Assembly (NCBI GenBank): GCA_030141605.1 | Contig: JAQGDQ010000108.1 | Location: forward strand, 186,001 to 250,000 | DNA: 64,000 bases | Direction: 5' to 3' | Origin: Tubiluchus corallicola | Taxonomy: Eukaryota > Animalia > Priapulida | Part shown: positions 1-13,500 of the stretch, one piece after another | Layout: each line of letters begins with the position of its first letter | Numbering within the stretch: the stretch's first letter is position 1 | Position numbers and translations under genes: made by a program | Notes under the pieces: model-generated | Database searches by the model: none | What the model was told of the DNA's origin: nothing | What the model saw: the letters and a program-made list of their open reading frames with translations, nothing else

Positions 1-130
1 CCGCCCGTCCAATCGCTATTCCACTAGCGATCCGTCGTCATGGTTACGCTTGTCAATCTGTGTAACTCGATTCCACGATGGGCGGGAGCTAAATTCTCAA
101 TCCGACTTTCTTCTTGTGATTATGCAAAGG
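1..130. promoter_or_regulatory. Promoter-like motif cluster at the left window edge
   Basis: CCGCCC 1-6, CCAAT 9-13, X-box-like GTCGTCATGGTTAC 34-47, GGGCGGG 80-86 and octamer-like ATGCAAAG 122-129, in CpG-rich sequence. Confidence 0.4.
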
Positions 131-1269
131 CAATGTACACATACGGAGTTGGGTCTCTGACAGGAGCAAATACTCAGCTCTGTTTATCTGTTGTACTGCC
201 GCAGCCTCTTAGCTGTTAGAGAACAATGCGTAATTGCAGCGTAATCAAACACACACATTGGGGGCCTAATAATTCACCGGTACTTAGTTTGAAGTGCGCC
301 GTCTTGGCGTGAGAAATTGAAGCAGAAGCAAAATTTCGACCATATTCATGTGCAACCGCACTGCCTCATTAAATAAAAGATCAAGAAGAAAAGCTGTGAC
401 AAAAATTAACTCACAGTCATTTTACTTTAATAAAAAAATTCCAGTTATACTAGTTAAATAAGCGCCATAAGCTTAGAAGAATGTTGCATCCTGCTTGTAG
501 GTCTGTGGATTTAATATTATTAGTGTTAAATAGAATTTGTAACATGTCTTATTAGTTATTATGGAAATGAAAAATTTTATATAGACTTCTAGTAGTAATT
601 GTATTAATCTACATATAATTTTTGTTTCTAAATAACCTATGCGGTTACACAAAAGTAAACTAGTCACAGACTATTCCCGTATTTTTAACTTTTTTTATAT
701 TATAGCCTGTTTGAATAGCCCTTTGATTTTGAAGAAACCACTGAAATAGTTAATTCCCAGTTTCAACTATCCCGACCGACACAAAGCAGAAGACATAATG
801 ACCACGTGTTTATGCACATGTCCTATTCCTCGCAAATAACTGCGTAATATGGGCAATATAATCTAGCTTTCCCACACTCTCAGGTCGGGAGAGAAGCTGC
901 TGAAAAGATGCAGTAAACTAGAAACTTTTAGCATCTGGTGAGGATGAAGATAAATTTACCGCAGCTGTAAGATGTTTATGTTGAATGTAAGCAGAGATGC
1001 GTATTGGGTGTCGGCTGTGTGCATCAGCAGCTTCGCTACTGTTTTCCACCGAAATCCAAGAAAGGTCGGAAGGTGAGGCTCGTGAGCTGCTTAAATGCTT
1101 AAAAGCGTTGGGAGACTTAGTAAAAGTGTTTAGATCTGTAAAAACTATTTGAAAGTGAAAAAAATCAGCTGAGTGAGACAAGCGGTCATAGATAGTTAGA
1201 TAAACTATTTAACGAAAACAGAGTAATTTTAAATTCAGCGCTATTACAAAATTTATGACTTTAATAAAC

Positions 1270-1745
1270 GTTAAGTATCTGGTCAACTATGATTGGAGGG
1301 CTGATTGGCTGGTATCTGGTGTTTTTTGGCATGTTCCATGTTGCATGTTTCTTGTATGGTCAGTTGATTAACTAAATGTTTAACTAACTGACTGATTTTC
1401 TGACCAACTGATTGACTGTCTAGGTGACAGATTAACCCACTGATTGACAAAGTGACTAACTGACTGACTGACTGACTAATTAACTGAATGAATAAGTGAC
1501 TGAATTTGATTTGATTTTTATTTCAAACTCTATGTTCACCCATACATATAACACTTAGCGATTAATTGACTGACTGACAAATTGACTGAATTCACTGACC
1601 AACCAATCGTCTGATCGACTGAGTTGCTTGCTTGCTTGTCTGACTTTTCATTGTTTCGATTTCCTGGGTACTGCACTGCTGCTTGTTTGATTGCATGGTC
1701 GACTCTGGTTACTCAGCCTACTACTGAAATGACTGATGACTGAAG
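1270..1745. repeat. Degenerate (GACT)n/(GCTT)n tetranucleotide region
   Basis: Many imperfect ACTG/ACTA/ATTG units, with a pure run at ~1459-1478. Confidence 0.7.
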
Positions 1746-2850
1746 ACTATGTTGTTATTTTGAATAAACATTTAAACTGCTACTGCTACAATTAAACAAT
1801 GCAAGAATTATACAGACTCACAAAATTTCAAAAAAAAAGTTCGCAGACGGATTAAACTTTAACCACACTTCCTGTCATGAATCCGAGTTGAAGATACGAG
1901 CCACAGATAAAGATGTCACCCGGGAGTACTACCTCAGCGTCCCACTGTGCTCGACCAGTCCATACATCGTAAATCTAACGGCTGGGCTGTTTATTTTTGG
2001 GGCCCGGGGTGACAGCTGACAGCTCTAGCCACACAATAAGGCGAATATTTGTACAGAAAGCTTGAATAATTATTCTAAGTACCCCGTTCTGTCATCAGGA
2101 CCACGGCTGTATTTGCGCAAGTAAACTCTATATGTTTAAAAGTTAAATAATTTGTATTGCTATTTGTTTAGAGGAGGGCGCGGGTGTTGTTATAGGTGTG
2201 GGGCAAAAAGAGAGCTTTTTTGATATCTTGTATATAGGCCCAGTGGCAGTGAGTTTATTATGCTATATGAGAATAAAGAATTGCGCATTTTTAATTCTAG
2301 TTTAAAGCATTTCTTTGACTAGAACTAGACGTTATAGACAATTTCTTAGCTCGCTTTTGGCTGCTGAATGCTGAGCAGCTTAGCCTTTTCGTACTCATCA
2401 AGTGCGCTGTCCTTCAATACCTTAATGGTTTAATGCGTTTAAGATGTTGCTAAACCCAGTTCTTCAAACAAGATCATTAGATTCTTTTTAACATTATCTG
2501 GCAGCGCAAGTAAAGGTTACAGCTATTTTAAAATCAATTGTGCGTATGTATGTGAAGCTTATTTCACAAAAAGTGAACATACCTGTGTAGAACTGACTTT
2601 GTACAACACCACAGTTTTGCAAAACTAAAAATGCTGGGGCTGAAAATAAGTTATTAGCCCAATATGTTACTAAAAATCTATTTAAATTATTTAATTTATT
2701 TTAAATTAATACAAGAAGTTAAATTACACGCTTTCAAAGTTTTTTAAAACCTTGGGGACTTTGGGTGTTTTTAGTGATTCGATTTCAAAGGTGAGTTGTT
2801 TACAGTTTTTTCCACAGAAAGTTAGAAGTTTGTTAATCAGAATAAAACGA

Positions 2851-2880
2851 CAATAATAACAACAACAACAACAACAACAA
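2851..2880. repeat. (CAA)n microsatellite
   Basis: Directly visible. Confidence 0.9.
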
Positions 2881-3436
2881 AATTCAAAGTGAATGCAAAC
2901 TGAGTGCGTGATGCTCATTCATCGTTTTGGGCAGCCAAAAACATGTGATGTCACAAATGGTTGTCAGTGGCTTCACGGAGATCATGTTAAACACTTCGGA
3001 CATTTTTTAACACTAAAGTGAACATCTGCAGTTAATATGAAAAAGTGAGACACATCAGGTACTGAAAACTAGAAATGTAGGCCGAAGTAACGCAAATGGC
3101 GTGCATTAGTGAGCAACTCGTTGTAAATGGAAGCCCATGCAGTATTAGCTTACAGAACAAACAGTGGAAACCTTGTTTATTTATTTGCTTTGCAATCGGA
3201 TCAGTCTGCTTAATGTTTTATGGGCCTGGCTGTGAATTTAAATGGAGATGCTCTGTTAAGTGAGACGTCGTGGGCGAATAACTACAGCACGAAAGTTTGA
3301 TGAAAGAGGAGACATAGAATTTGTCAGTATTTCAAATTCTTCACAACTGTAGATTTTATACAACGATAATTGTCCAGAGGGTCATTAAATAGGGGTAATA
3401 AAAACTATTTATTAATATTGTTACTAAGCTGAGCAT

Positions 3437-3452
3437 ATGATGATGATGATGG

Positions 3453-3545
<93 letters not shown>

Positions 3546-3644
3546 TGGTGTTGGTGGTGGTGGTGGTGGTGGTGTTGGTGGTGATGGTCATGGTCATGGT
3601 GATGATGACGTTGACGATGATGATGATGATGCCGATATTGATGA

Positions 3645-3679
<35 letters not shown>

Positions 3680-3682
3680 GAT

Positions 3683-3771
<89 letters not shown>

Positions 3772-3860
3772 AACGGTGATGTAATGATGACGATGATGAT
3801 GATGATGATAATGTTGTTGTTGTTGATAATGATGAAGATGATGGATGATGAAGAATGGTG
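3437..3860. repeat. Compound (ATG)n/(GTG)n microsatellite
   Basis: Directly visible. It explains the poly-M/V/D and poly-S/H ORFs. Confidence 0.97.
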
Positions 3861-5312
3861 AAAATAAGAACTGAATAGGATTAAATAGTTAATTTTCATG
3901 TCACACATGTAGGAATACAAGTGCTGCCATAATAAAGCGTGAAAGTTTTCAAGGTGAGAACTTAATGTACAAGATAACATACGGCATTGTAATTTTTAAC
4001 CAAAATCTGCAAATCCCTCCGCCAAAACCTCTGTGTTGTTCTTAGCACGAGCTTTTAGCGTTTGCAAGATTTCCTCGCGAATCACTCGAAGATAGAACAA
4101 AAATGAAAGACCAGACATGGTCCCATCTACAGACTTTACTCTGATCATTAAGCTAATAAGTAAACGTCTGTTTGTATGCAAGCGAATTCATTTGTGATAG
4201 TGAATCTATTGTTAGACATTTGGGGCAAACCGCTTAATAATACAGAATCCCTATAACAGCTCTAATGGCCCACGACACTTTTAATTTAATTTTGTTTACA
4301 CTTTGTATTATAGCCAGGACTAATTTTGCGAGGAGGGCATTAGCAGCCACAGTTTCGGTTGGCCCTAAGTGAGCTGAAGTGACTGACTCTGTAAATTTCC
4401 GAAGGAGCCCCACGTTGTCTTACACTGGCGGAACTCAACTCACAATGTGTCTCATTTACGTCGTTTCACAAAATCTTTCTCATTCTCATTTCGCAAAAAG
4501 GCACGATTTCATTAGACCATTCAATCCGATATACTCTTTATAACCAATTTAAATTACATCGGGCATTGCCGGTTTAGCTTCTTCGCGGAAAGTGTGGTAT
4601 AAGGACCTGGAAAAATATAGTTAGTAACATTGCAACACTCCTGAATCTTTTAATCGTGCAAGCCCGGTACGAAGCTGTATGGGTCTTTATCTACAGGGTA
4701 TAAGATAACATAAAGTCATCCCCACTTTCCTGTACAAACAGATCTGCTTTCTAGATTTGATTTAATTTTGTCTCTTCGCAAACAGCGTGGCGCAGACGCA
4801 ATACTAGTTAAACAGTTTGGTGATCCGATCCGAATCGAGGGCGTTTCAAAGGATGGGTGTACACAAACTAGTTGTAAGATACTGAATACACTCCAAATAC
4901 CCGCAAGGTCACTTTCAAGAGTGTTAAACGCCCGCGACTTTCGACTTTCTTATTCTAGTTCGCCGTGAAAGATGTGTTTTGAATTCAACACTGTGAGGCG
5001 CAACATTACAAATGTTGAAATGTAAATGACCAAATTACAATTTCGTCGTATTCAATCGCTGGTCTTGTAAGCCCTTTGTAAAACATGATAAAACTGTAGA
5101 AAATCGCCTTGAATTAAAGCAAATGAAGTGAATGGGTTACCCATTAGGTTTTTGTTTACTACGTATTTAATGCAAATGTTCCAATTAAGCACAGAATTTA
5201 ACGGCATTCCCAATTGTTTAATGTTGTTGATTACTTCTGCTTAGTTTTATTAATAGCGAAACCTCTAAATTCTGGTAGCAAAATTTTCCGGGAATTCAAA
5301 GCTGTCTTTGTT

Positions 5313-5483
5313 TTAGACATTATCTGTAAATAAGTGTAATATAGTTTCTCAGTTGTCCCCTATGTCATTAATAAATAATAAGGAAAACAATGGTCCTAAA
5401 ATGGAAGCTTGGGGAACACTGCTTTAATCGTTTTCCGTTCAAGTAGTGCCTTCAGTTACTATACTCTGCTGGCGATTGTCTAA
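5313..5483 (-). mobile_element. Degenerate non-LTR retrotransposon (CR1/L2-group LINE) reverse transcriptase fragment
   Basis: Minus-strand translation by hand gives LDNRQQSIVTEGTT*TEND*SSVPQASILGPLFSLLFINDIGDN*ETILHLFTDNV. This matches the LINE RT motifs LxNRxQxV...GVPQGSILGPLLFxxYINDL...LFADD, with in-frame stops. Confidence 0.85.
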
Positions 5484-7376
5484 CTAAATTAATAATGGCC
5501 GCCTAATTCTTATTTTAGAGGCTTACAGAATTATTAATCAGTCTTTAATTGCAAGGCCTTTATGCTATCCTCGTTTACAGGATATGAACTAATAATTTAA
5601 GATTTAACTTAAAAATGCGGTAGCGATGAATTTATAATAGCTTAGGCTTTTATAATACATGAAAACAGACTCTTTCATTGTAATAATTAACGTAATTTGT
5701 GTAATCATTACACTTTGTATAAGACTTTAATAATAGTTTTCACACTAGAAAAAGCTCAGGTAATGGCACCCATTGCACTTAACTCCTGACGACCAGCATA
5801 GGATACAAATACACATTTACCTGAGTCAGTGCTCTATTTAACATGCAAAATGAGAGTTATCGAAATCCAAAAATTTCCCATTTCAATTCTTATTCACAAT
5901 ATTACAGTACGGTGTGACTTATTTTTAAACATTTTTAACTCAAAAACTTGTCTGGATAATATCTATTTGCATCATCACCGGTTTTATTTGGGACAGTCAT
6001 CTCGATTTCAAATCTGATCTCATCCAGATAAACTGTGTAAAACTGGTTTCACCTCGTCATAGCAACTAATTATATTTGGTAACTGAGAATGTTTTATCTT
6101 CTGCGTGTCTTCTGGTGTGGGTTACATACATGTTTGTCCAGCGTTCGCTCTGTTATTGCTCGCGTGTACTGTTTCCTACAATTACATTAGTAATAACGCT
6201 TACTGTCATGAGAGATCACCCATAGGCGTTACATCATCGTGTATTATAAGGAAGTTTTAGCTAGTGTTTAGTGTTTAACATTATTAACTTTTTTAAGCTT
6301 TGTAGTATATGTAAGAGATTGTGTTTTTTCGCAACAGGTGATGACAAGCAACTGGCGCTGCTGTGTCCTATTTTACTAAACATTTTGTCTTTAGAACCAA
6401 TTGCGCGCAAAAACGTAGGGCTTCAAACAAGATTTTTATATTATTAGCTGCTTAAATCTTAGCAGCAGTGGCGGAGATGATGGCGCGAATACTTAGTGGT
6501 TAGTAACGCCAACAGTGGCGATGCAAATTGTAGCGACAACCTTGTCGTTTCGTGTGAAAGATGTTTTATTTTTATTTGAAAAATACATTTGTATGGCTTA
6601 GCAAAGAATTCAGCGCGGTTTTTCACTTTAAATGAAGCCATTTGGTGACAGGTGACAATTGGATTTGTAACTGTTGGCATGAAACAAACTTTACTTTAAA
6701 TATAATTGCTAGACATTAGTCTTACTAATACATGTATCTTTTATTAGAAACACAGGTGAAAAAAATTGCCAAATAAAGTGTAAAAATTTTATAATTTCAC
6801 GCTGAGAATACAATACACAGTGGTAAAGTCTACATGAAGTGCAGTAGAGCGAAGATATAACTCTACTGGTGTAACCAATACCACTTTTCAATCTTCAACT
6901 CAGCCTCTAGTGTGAAACGGAGACGCTTCAGCACTCGTTACATAATCCCACCTCTCATTAATTCACCATAAATGAGTAGAGCAGTAAAGAGATGAGGCCG
7001 AGATAAAGTTACCTATTACTACGCGGCTATGACGTGGCTTGCGAACTTAGTAAACTATCCGCCGGTGCGGATTTCACCGCTTTTCAGTACAAATGTTATT
7101 TTTGTAAGCGATATGGTGTTGAATAAGGGCGAAGTATTAGTTACGCGTAATTTTCTAGCGAGATAATGGCGTAAGAGATGTTCCTCGCGCGATATGTAAC
7201 TGAATCTCGTGCGAATTATTGAAGCCACGTATAAAAAGTCAGAACTGAACGGTTTTTTCTCTCTCTCTCACTCACTCTGTGTGTCTGTCTGTCTGTCTGT
7301 CTCTCTCTGCCTGTCTCTCACTCTTTCTTTTTCACAAATTCACATTGTCCCGCTTTCTCTCCCCCTCTGTTCCCAA

Positions 7377-7521
<145 letters not shown>

Positions 7522-10500
7522 TTTCTCTCCTTACTTTCGTTCTTTCAAAAATTTTAATCATTTTTTTTGCTAATCGCATAACAAAAGCTAAACCGTCTTT
7601 AAAGATTGCAAAAGGCATAGAAATCGTCCGATATTCACAACACCATTAGATATACCAGTCAGCAAATATGACAGATTTATAGAAACAAGTGCGTTAGTTC
7701 TTCTACTTGGAAGAGGTTGCAAATCATTTAAATACAGGATAGGATTCAGTCCTGTGTGTTAGCGGTTTGGGCTGTCAAACGCCAGTGTATTTATTTTTTC
7801 ATTGTACGTTGCCATTTGTTAGACAAGATATAAGAGTGAATCTCGAACGCGGCTTAGAAAATAATGATATTCGGACCACTTACAGAAAGAGAAACACTAA
7901 TGTAATTAAAATGTATATAGATATTGTAAAAGAACTTATTGTAAATGGTCTTATTGTAAATTGAGTATACTGGCATACTGTTTATATACGATGATATCAA
8001 CATATAATTATTTATGTATGTATCTTGTATAAATTGGTAACTGTGAAGATGAACTGTGAAGAATTTAATGTACGTAACGTAAACATTTATTTCACATATT
8101 TGTACTTATGTGCCGTGCAAATAGAGGGCTTACTGTATTATTTTGAATAAAGATTTTTAATAATAATAATAATTTCTTTCCCCCTCATGTACACGCTCTG
8201 CCTCTTTCTTTTCTTTCCCTCACTCTCTCTCCCTCTCTCTCTCCCCTCCCTCTCTCAAGTTTATGCAGTCTTTTAATTAGCAGAACATACGGATGAACAC
8301 TGAATCTGACCTCACGAGAAGCAGATTTAAACTTTAAATAGACATATTGTGCATTCAGATATTACATTTTAATATTAAGAAATAAAATGTATTGAATCAT
8401 ACTAACAAAAAATCACACCGCTCTCACGGAGTAGTAGTCACCTGCTTTTGTTTTCGGCTTCTTTCAACCGGCGAGCCAGCCAGAAGTGGGATGAATACTG
8501 CGCTATGTTTGTGCTGCCACCTACAAGACGAAACTGCAAATAGAGTGAAAATTATCGTGTTGAACATGTAGCGGTCACTTTGGAATATTTTTGTGAAACA
8601 CAAGAAAAATAATAATTATGCCTATGTAGTAATTTTTTTGCCAGATAAGGTATAAGGTGAGTTTACGCTGTCTACATTACTGTGCAGTAACCAAAATTTC
8701 TATCTGTTATATTGTCTAAGATTTAATTAAGAATCAGCTTTATTGATCATACACTATTTAAAAGTACAATTAGACAGAGAATAGATAGATACTGGAACAA
8801 TTATAAACCTTAACAGTTGGTTTAGCATCATCATCATCATGTAATTACATAAGAAACAGTACTCGATAAATCGTGTACGTCAAAATTATGAGTTAATAAT
8901 TATTAAGTAAATATTACCTGACTGGACCTAAAAACGAATATTCGCTTATATAAATATTCATTTGTACTATTCTCACTCCGGAAGTTTCCATTATTAAAAC
9001 ATGCAGTTACCTACTTTGCTGCCAAAATTTAAATACATGCGTTGAATTCAAGCCAGTTACTTTGTACTAATGTTACACATACATCAACACACGGCAGCTA
9101 ATTCAGTATTTTAAGTCTGTGGCGCCACCTTCTGCTGGCATTTACAACGATCAAGCAAGCAGTGCACAAACAAGCGAAAAATTGACTGTCAAATGTCGAC
9201 ATCTAGTGAGTAGTGAGAAAGTATTTCACAGCATCATGCAGAATTTTTAAGGAATCAAATAAATTTAAATTACTTACATAAGTCATTAGTTGAAAAACAC
9301 TTTTTTGTACCGAAGCCAGAAAGAATGACATTATGAAACAATAATGTAATACAGAATTATGTCAGAATTTGAAAAATATTTCAACCAATTATTGTACACT
9401 TGCCATCGTGCTTAGCGAAGGCAAAACGTTTAACACAAAAGTTAGCTATCCATAATCATTTAATGTTTAAGGGGTTGCTAAATGATGCTAACAGAAAATT
9501 TCAGGAGAACAGCTTTCAGGAGACATGATAGAATTTGTAAAATTCACCTTTTGTTAGTTTGTACTAGTTTCTCTTCTGCCAAATGGTAGTAAACCATGAA
9601 AAATTTGGGTGTTTTAATTAGTAACGACTTTGAAGAAACTTATCAGTAGTATTGAAAAAAGGATTTGATAGATTGGTGCAATCTTGAAAATTTGTATCTC
9701 TTACTTGCTCTCTTATTGTACACAGGGGTTGCTTTCCTAGTAACGCTGTATGAAATTTGCATAAAATTTAAGTTCCCGCGTTGATGGTTAGGCACAGCTA
9801 TTTTAACGGTTAGTGCTTGAATAAGAAATTGAATGAAGTTTAAATAACATTACCTAAAGTTTTAAAAAATAATCAGAACATTTGCAGCGCACATCTCAGA
9901 AAGCAAGCAAATGTATAAATTAGCGGTTCTTGGCAATAAGAATAATAATATATTTTCTGCTGAACCAGTTGTCTACACTGAAATGGTGAAATTGTGTCGT
10001 TTTACCTGCTGACGCGAACATTTTTAATTATTAAAATTTTTTCCAGTTACATGACTTTTTCAAACAACAAACGTAATGGTAAGCGATATAACTTATTATG
10101 GAAAGTTTTTGGATGCGCCTTGAAATGCCTTTTCTTCTCCTTTAAGGACTGAAACAGCGGGAAATGCAAGTACAAATTGAAAAGGTTAAATAAAAAAATA
10201 ATGATACTACTCAAATGACATGATAAAAGTTGTGCCTACACTACATGACATTAATTACAATTAAATGATATAAATATAAACTTTCATAAGATCACATATT
10301 TGTAGATAACATGGCATTGAGAAAGGCTTTGTTACAGATAAAGGATCTGTATCACAGTTTTCAATAGCCGAAAAACCTGTCACAGATTAAAACCAGAGAA
10401 TCAATTCGATTCATCCCGGGTTTAGTTGAAAAAATGTAAACTATTGTTGGCATTAATTTCATCAATTCAACTATGTTAGGTAATAAAGGAGCAATTCAAC

Positions 10501-13500
10501 AAAATGTCTTTTAATTGAAGCTGTTGAAAATACATAAATGTATTTATGTGAAAATTTTATTTTCAAGCGACTTTTCACAGATCGCACGTTAGTACTATCT
10601 AAAAAATCTGATGGTACCTTCTTGCGCTGATCATCTTACTTTGTTTCGAGACCAAATTTTCAAGTCTCCAACCATATCTTATCGTTAACTCATAATCTGC
10701 GAATTTAAACTACAGTAACTTATACGACAGAAATTACACCACTATTATACTATTACTGCCGCAAGCCCAGTTGCCGTCAAGTGACCGATTGTGATCCGCA
10801 GTGTCAAAGCCAATAAATTTTAATCAGCTAAAACCTACTTGAGCCTCAACATGGCTTATCACTTACCGCATCTATCTACACAGTCCGACTGTTACGCCAG
10901 ATGGGGCAAGAGAGTCCTCAAGTGGGGGCTCTGTCAATAGGGCCATTATCCAGGGCCATTTGTCGCTCTTACGTGCTCTTAACCATCTATTTCTTACGTG
11001 GACAATCTTTCCTAATGGCCGTCCGATAAGAGGCCGGATTCCCGTTCAAGTCGTCTCTCCTCGCGTTTCTTGTACAAACTATTTTCCCGTGCGAATCTTT
11101 TCTTTTGCGGGAAGAAGTCAATACACATTATGTGGCTTCTTGGTGTCTGTCTTGGTCGATGTATTCAAAATGGTATCGCAAAGAGCGTATAACGTTTGGT
11201 TTTACGTTGAATTAACGAAGTTCAAGTTCTATGCGTGAGTACAGTAGGACGACAACATTGCACAATCTTCAATTTATTTTTAACTTGAAATAGAGCTGAG
11301 CGCAGTTACCGCTCTTCATTTGTTAAAAATATCAACCTTTTCAATAGATAAATAACCGTGGTACATAATGTTTTACCAAAACGTCGTGGTTCCTAAGCAC
11401 CTCTTACACAAGTGCTCTTTTCGTTATCATTTTTAACGGTTTTCTTTATACACTAACAAAATGGTGAAACACAAGAGAGTAGTAAAAACTATCTACATAA
11501 ATACAGACATCTCTTTCTTTGTTTCTTTTAATTCGGAAGTCATGATTATTATAAGTACTATCTGTTTCGTAATTTTTGTTTATTAATGTGTCCTAATTTC
11601 CCTTTCAGACGCAGTATATCTTTACAAGTTAAACACCAAGAAAAATTTACAAATTACTATACAAAAATTAATTTAGACGTGCAAATGTATGTCTACTGGG
11701 TTTTTGTTTCTTTGCCTCTTTATATATGCAGAAACAATGCTTCTGCTGTTGTGGATTTCCAAGATTTCCTGATTCAAGAATCAGGATTTTTTTATTATTC
11801 AAACCAAATACATTAATCATTGTTGCAATATTAATAAATACATTTTCAGGCATGTTTAGTAATTTATTGTGTCACAGGTGCTCCTAAAGCAGATTTACAA
11901 TCTGAGGTCCTTTACATTACATATGGAATCACCATGATCGCTGTATCATTGCGCACACATTTATGCTACCGCCTCCCCTTGCTGGTTTCCTACTTTCTCT
12001 GAAGAGATGGTAAGTCCACATGACTGATAGATTACCGTGTAATTGTGCGGAGTTATCAGCGATAAATCCGTCCGTCGATCTCTGTAAATGAAACAACAAA
12101 TCCGCAGAGATTTGATGATCGCCCGGGCTTTGTGCGTGTCTTCTAGCATTTATTTTCGCCTTTAGTACAAGTTAGTTTGCTCAGATTATCAAGGCTTAGC
12201 ACGACAATTCATATGGCGGCGCTAAAAATTATACAAAAATCTTGACGGCAAAACGTATCTTTGCTTCAAAAGTTCAAGCACAGCATTTCAACAATGGAAT
12301 GTTGTCTTGGATTCACTTATGGAATAACATCTTTCATTTTGATAACATTTGCGGCTTAGATACGCCCTAGAAGCGATGGCTTCATCTTGTGACTGCCTTA
12401 AGTAATCTACGTCAAGCGCATTTTCCGTTTATGTTAGAACACTTTATACTGAAAGGTTAGTGGATAAAATGAGATTTTTCCGAAGATTTTTAGGAATTCG
12501 TGACACCAAAGGCTAAATTTTGGTATCAAAAATTAACTTTACACATAGACAAACAATTAATAAAACAAACAAATTTTCCTCACTAAGAAAGCATTTACTT
12601 CTAATGTCCTCATCTGAGACGGCAGAAACCTCCAATACTTTTAGGACATTTGTTTTGAAGGGTTTTAAAAATCGACAGTGCCTGTACAGGACTTTTCACA
12701 TAGGCCCCTCAAAAAGCATATAAATTGTTTTCGCAATTTTTCGAAAGTAACTGCACATAGGTTCAAGAGTATACGCTGCCCTTCCTTAAAATTTTTTAGC
12801 TATAAATAAATGTATATAATTCTATTATATTTTTTATTTCAAACGCTTTTAAATATCTTAAGGTTTATTTTAAAAGCTTGTAAAATTGATAAATATCTAT
12901 CTCGACTCGTATATTATAGTTAATATATTATAGTCAATATGTACAGCTTATTTAATTTATTTGTCAATAGTTTGAAATTTCACGTGCATTCGTCACACCG
13001 CAAGTCGGTATAGATCTGTACCATTTAACGCTGAACTTACTAATTTTGATGATGCTATGACAAGATGCCCAAAAGCAGTTTTCCATACGACCACACTATT
13101 ACTTTTTAGTCAAGCTCGGCATTCATTAACTTTTGTAGCTAGCCTCACACTATAACACCTTATGTATGTCTCTCCGGTAGCTTATTGAAGGTAGGAGACT
13201 GCTAGTTGACGAGATCAAGTAACTTACTGCCTGGAAACAATAAATTAAGTGGAAAATGAGGTTTTGCCCAAAAAATGAAGTTATTGCCTAGTACTACAGC
13301 TTGAAGCGTCTCACCGCAATTACAAATATTCTTACTAATTTCGCTTGTTTTTTCAGATAATTATTTTCGGGCCTTCATATGATGCAAATAATATGTATTG
13401 CCAAGATTTTAATAAATTCACTTTTGGAGAGAACAAACTTTATGAAATTTTTTTAATGTTCTAAGGTATTTGTTCATTTAAAACTTAACTGCTATCAGAA

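Noticed and set aside
3437-3980. Poly-M/V/D and poly-S/H ORFs, and similar homopolymer or dipeptide ORFs at 7.2-7.6, 22.7-23.3, 30.9-31.2, 54.3-54.8, 62.4-62.7 and 63.3-63.6 kb
   Set aside because: They are translations of microsatellites with no domain content.
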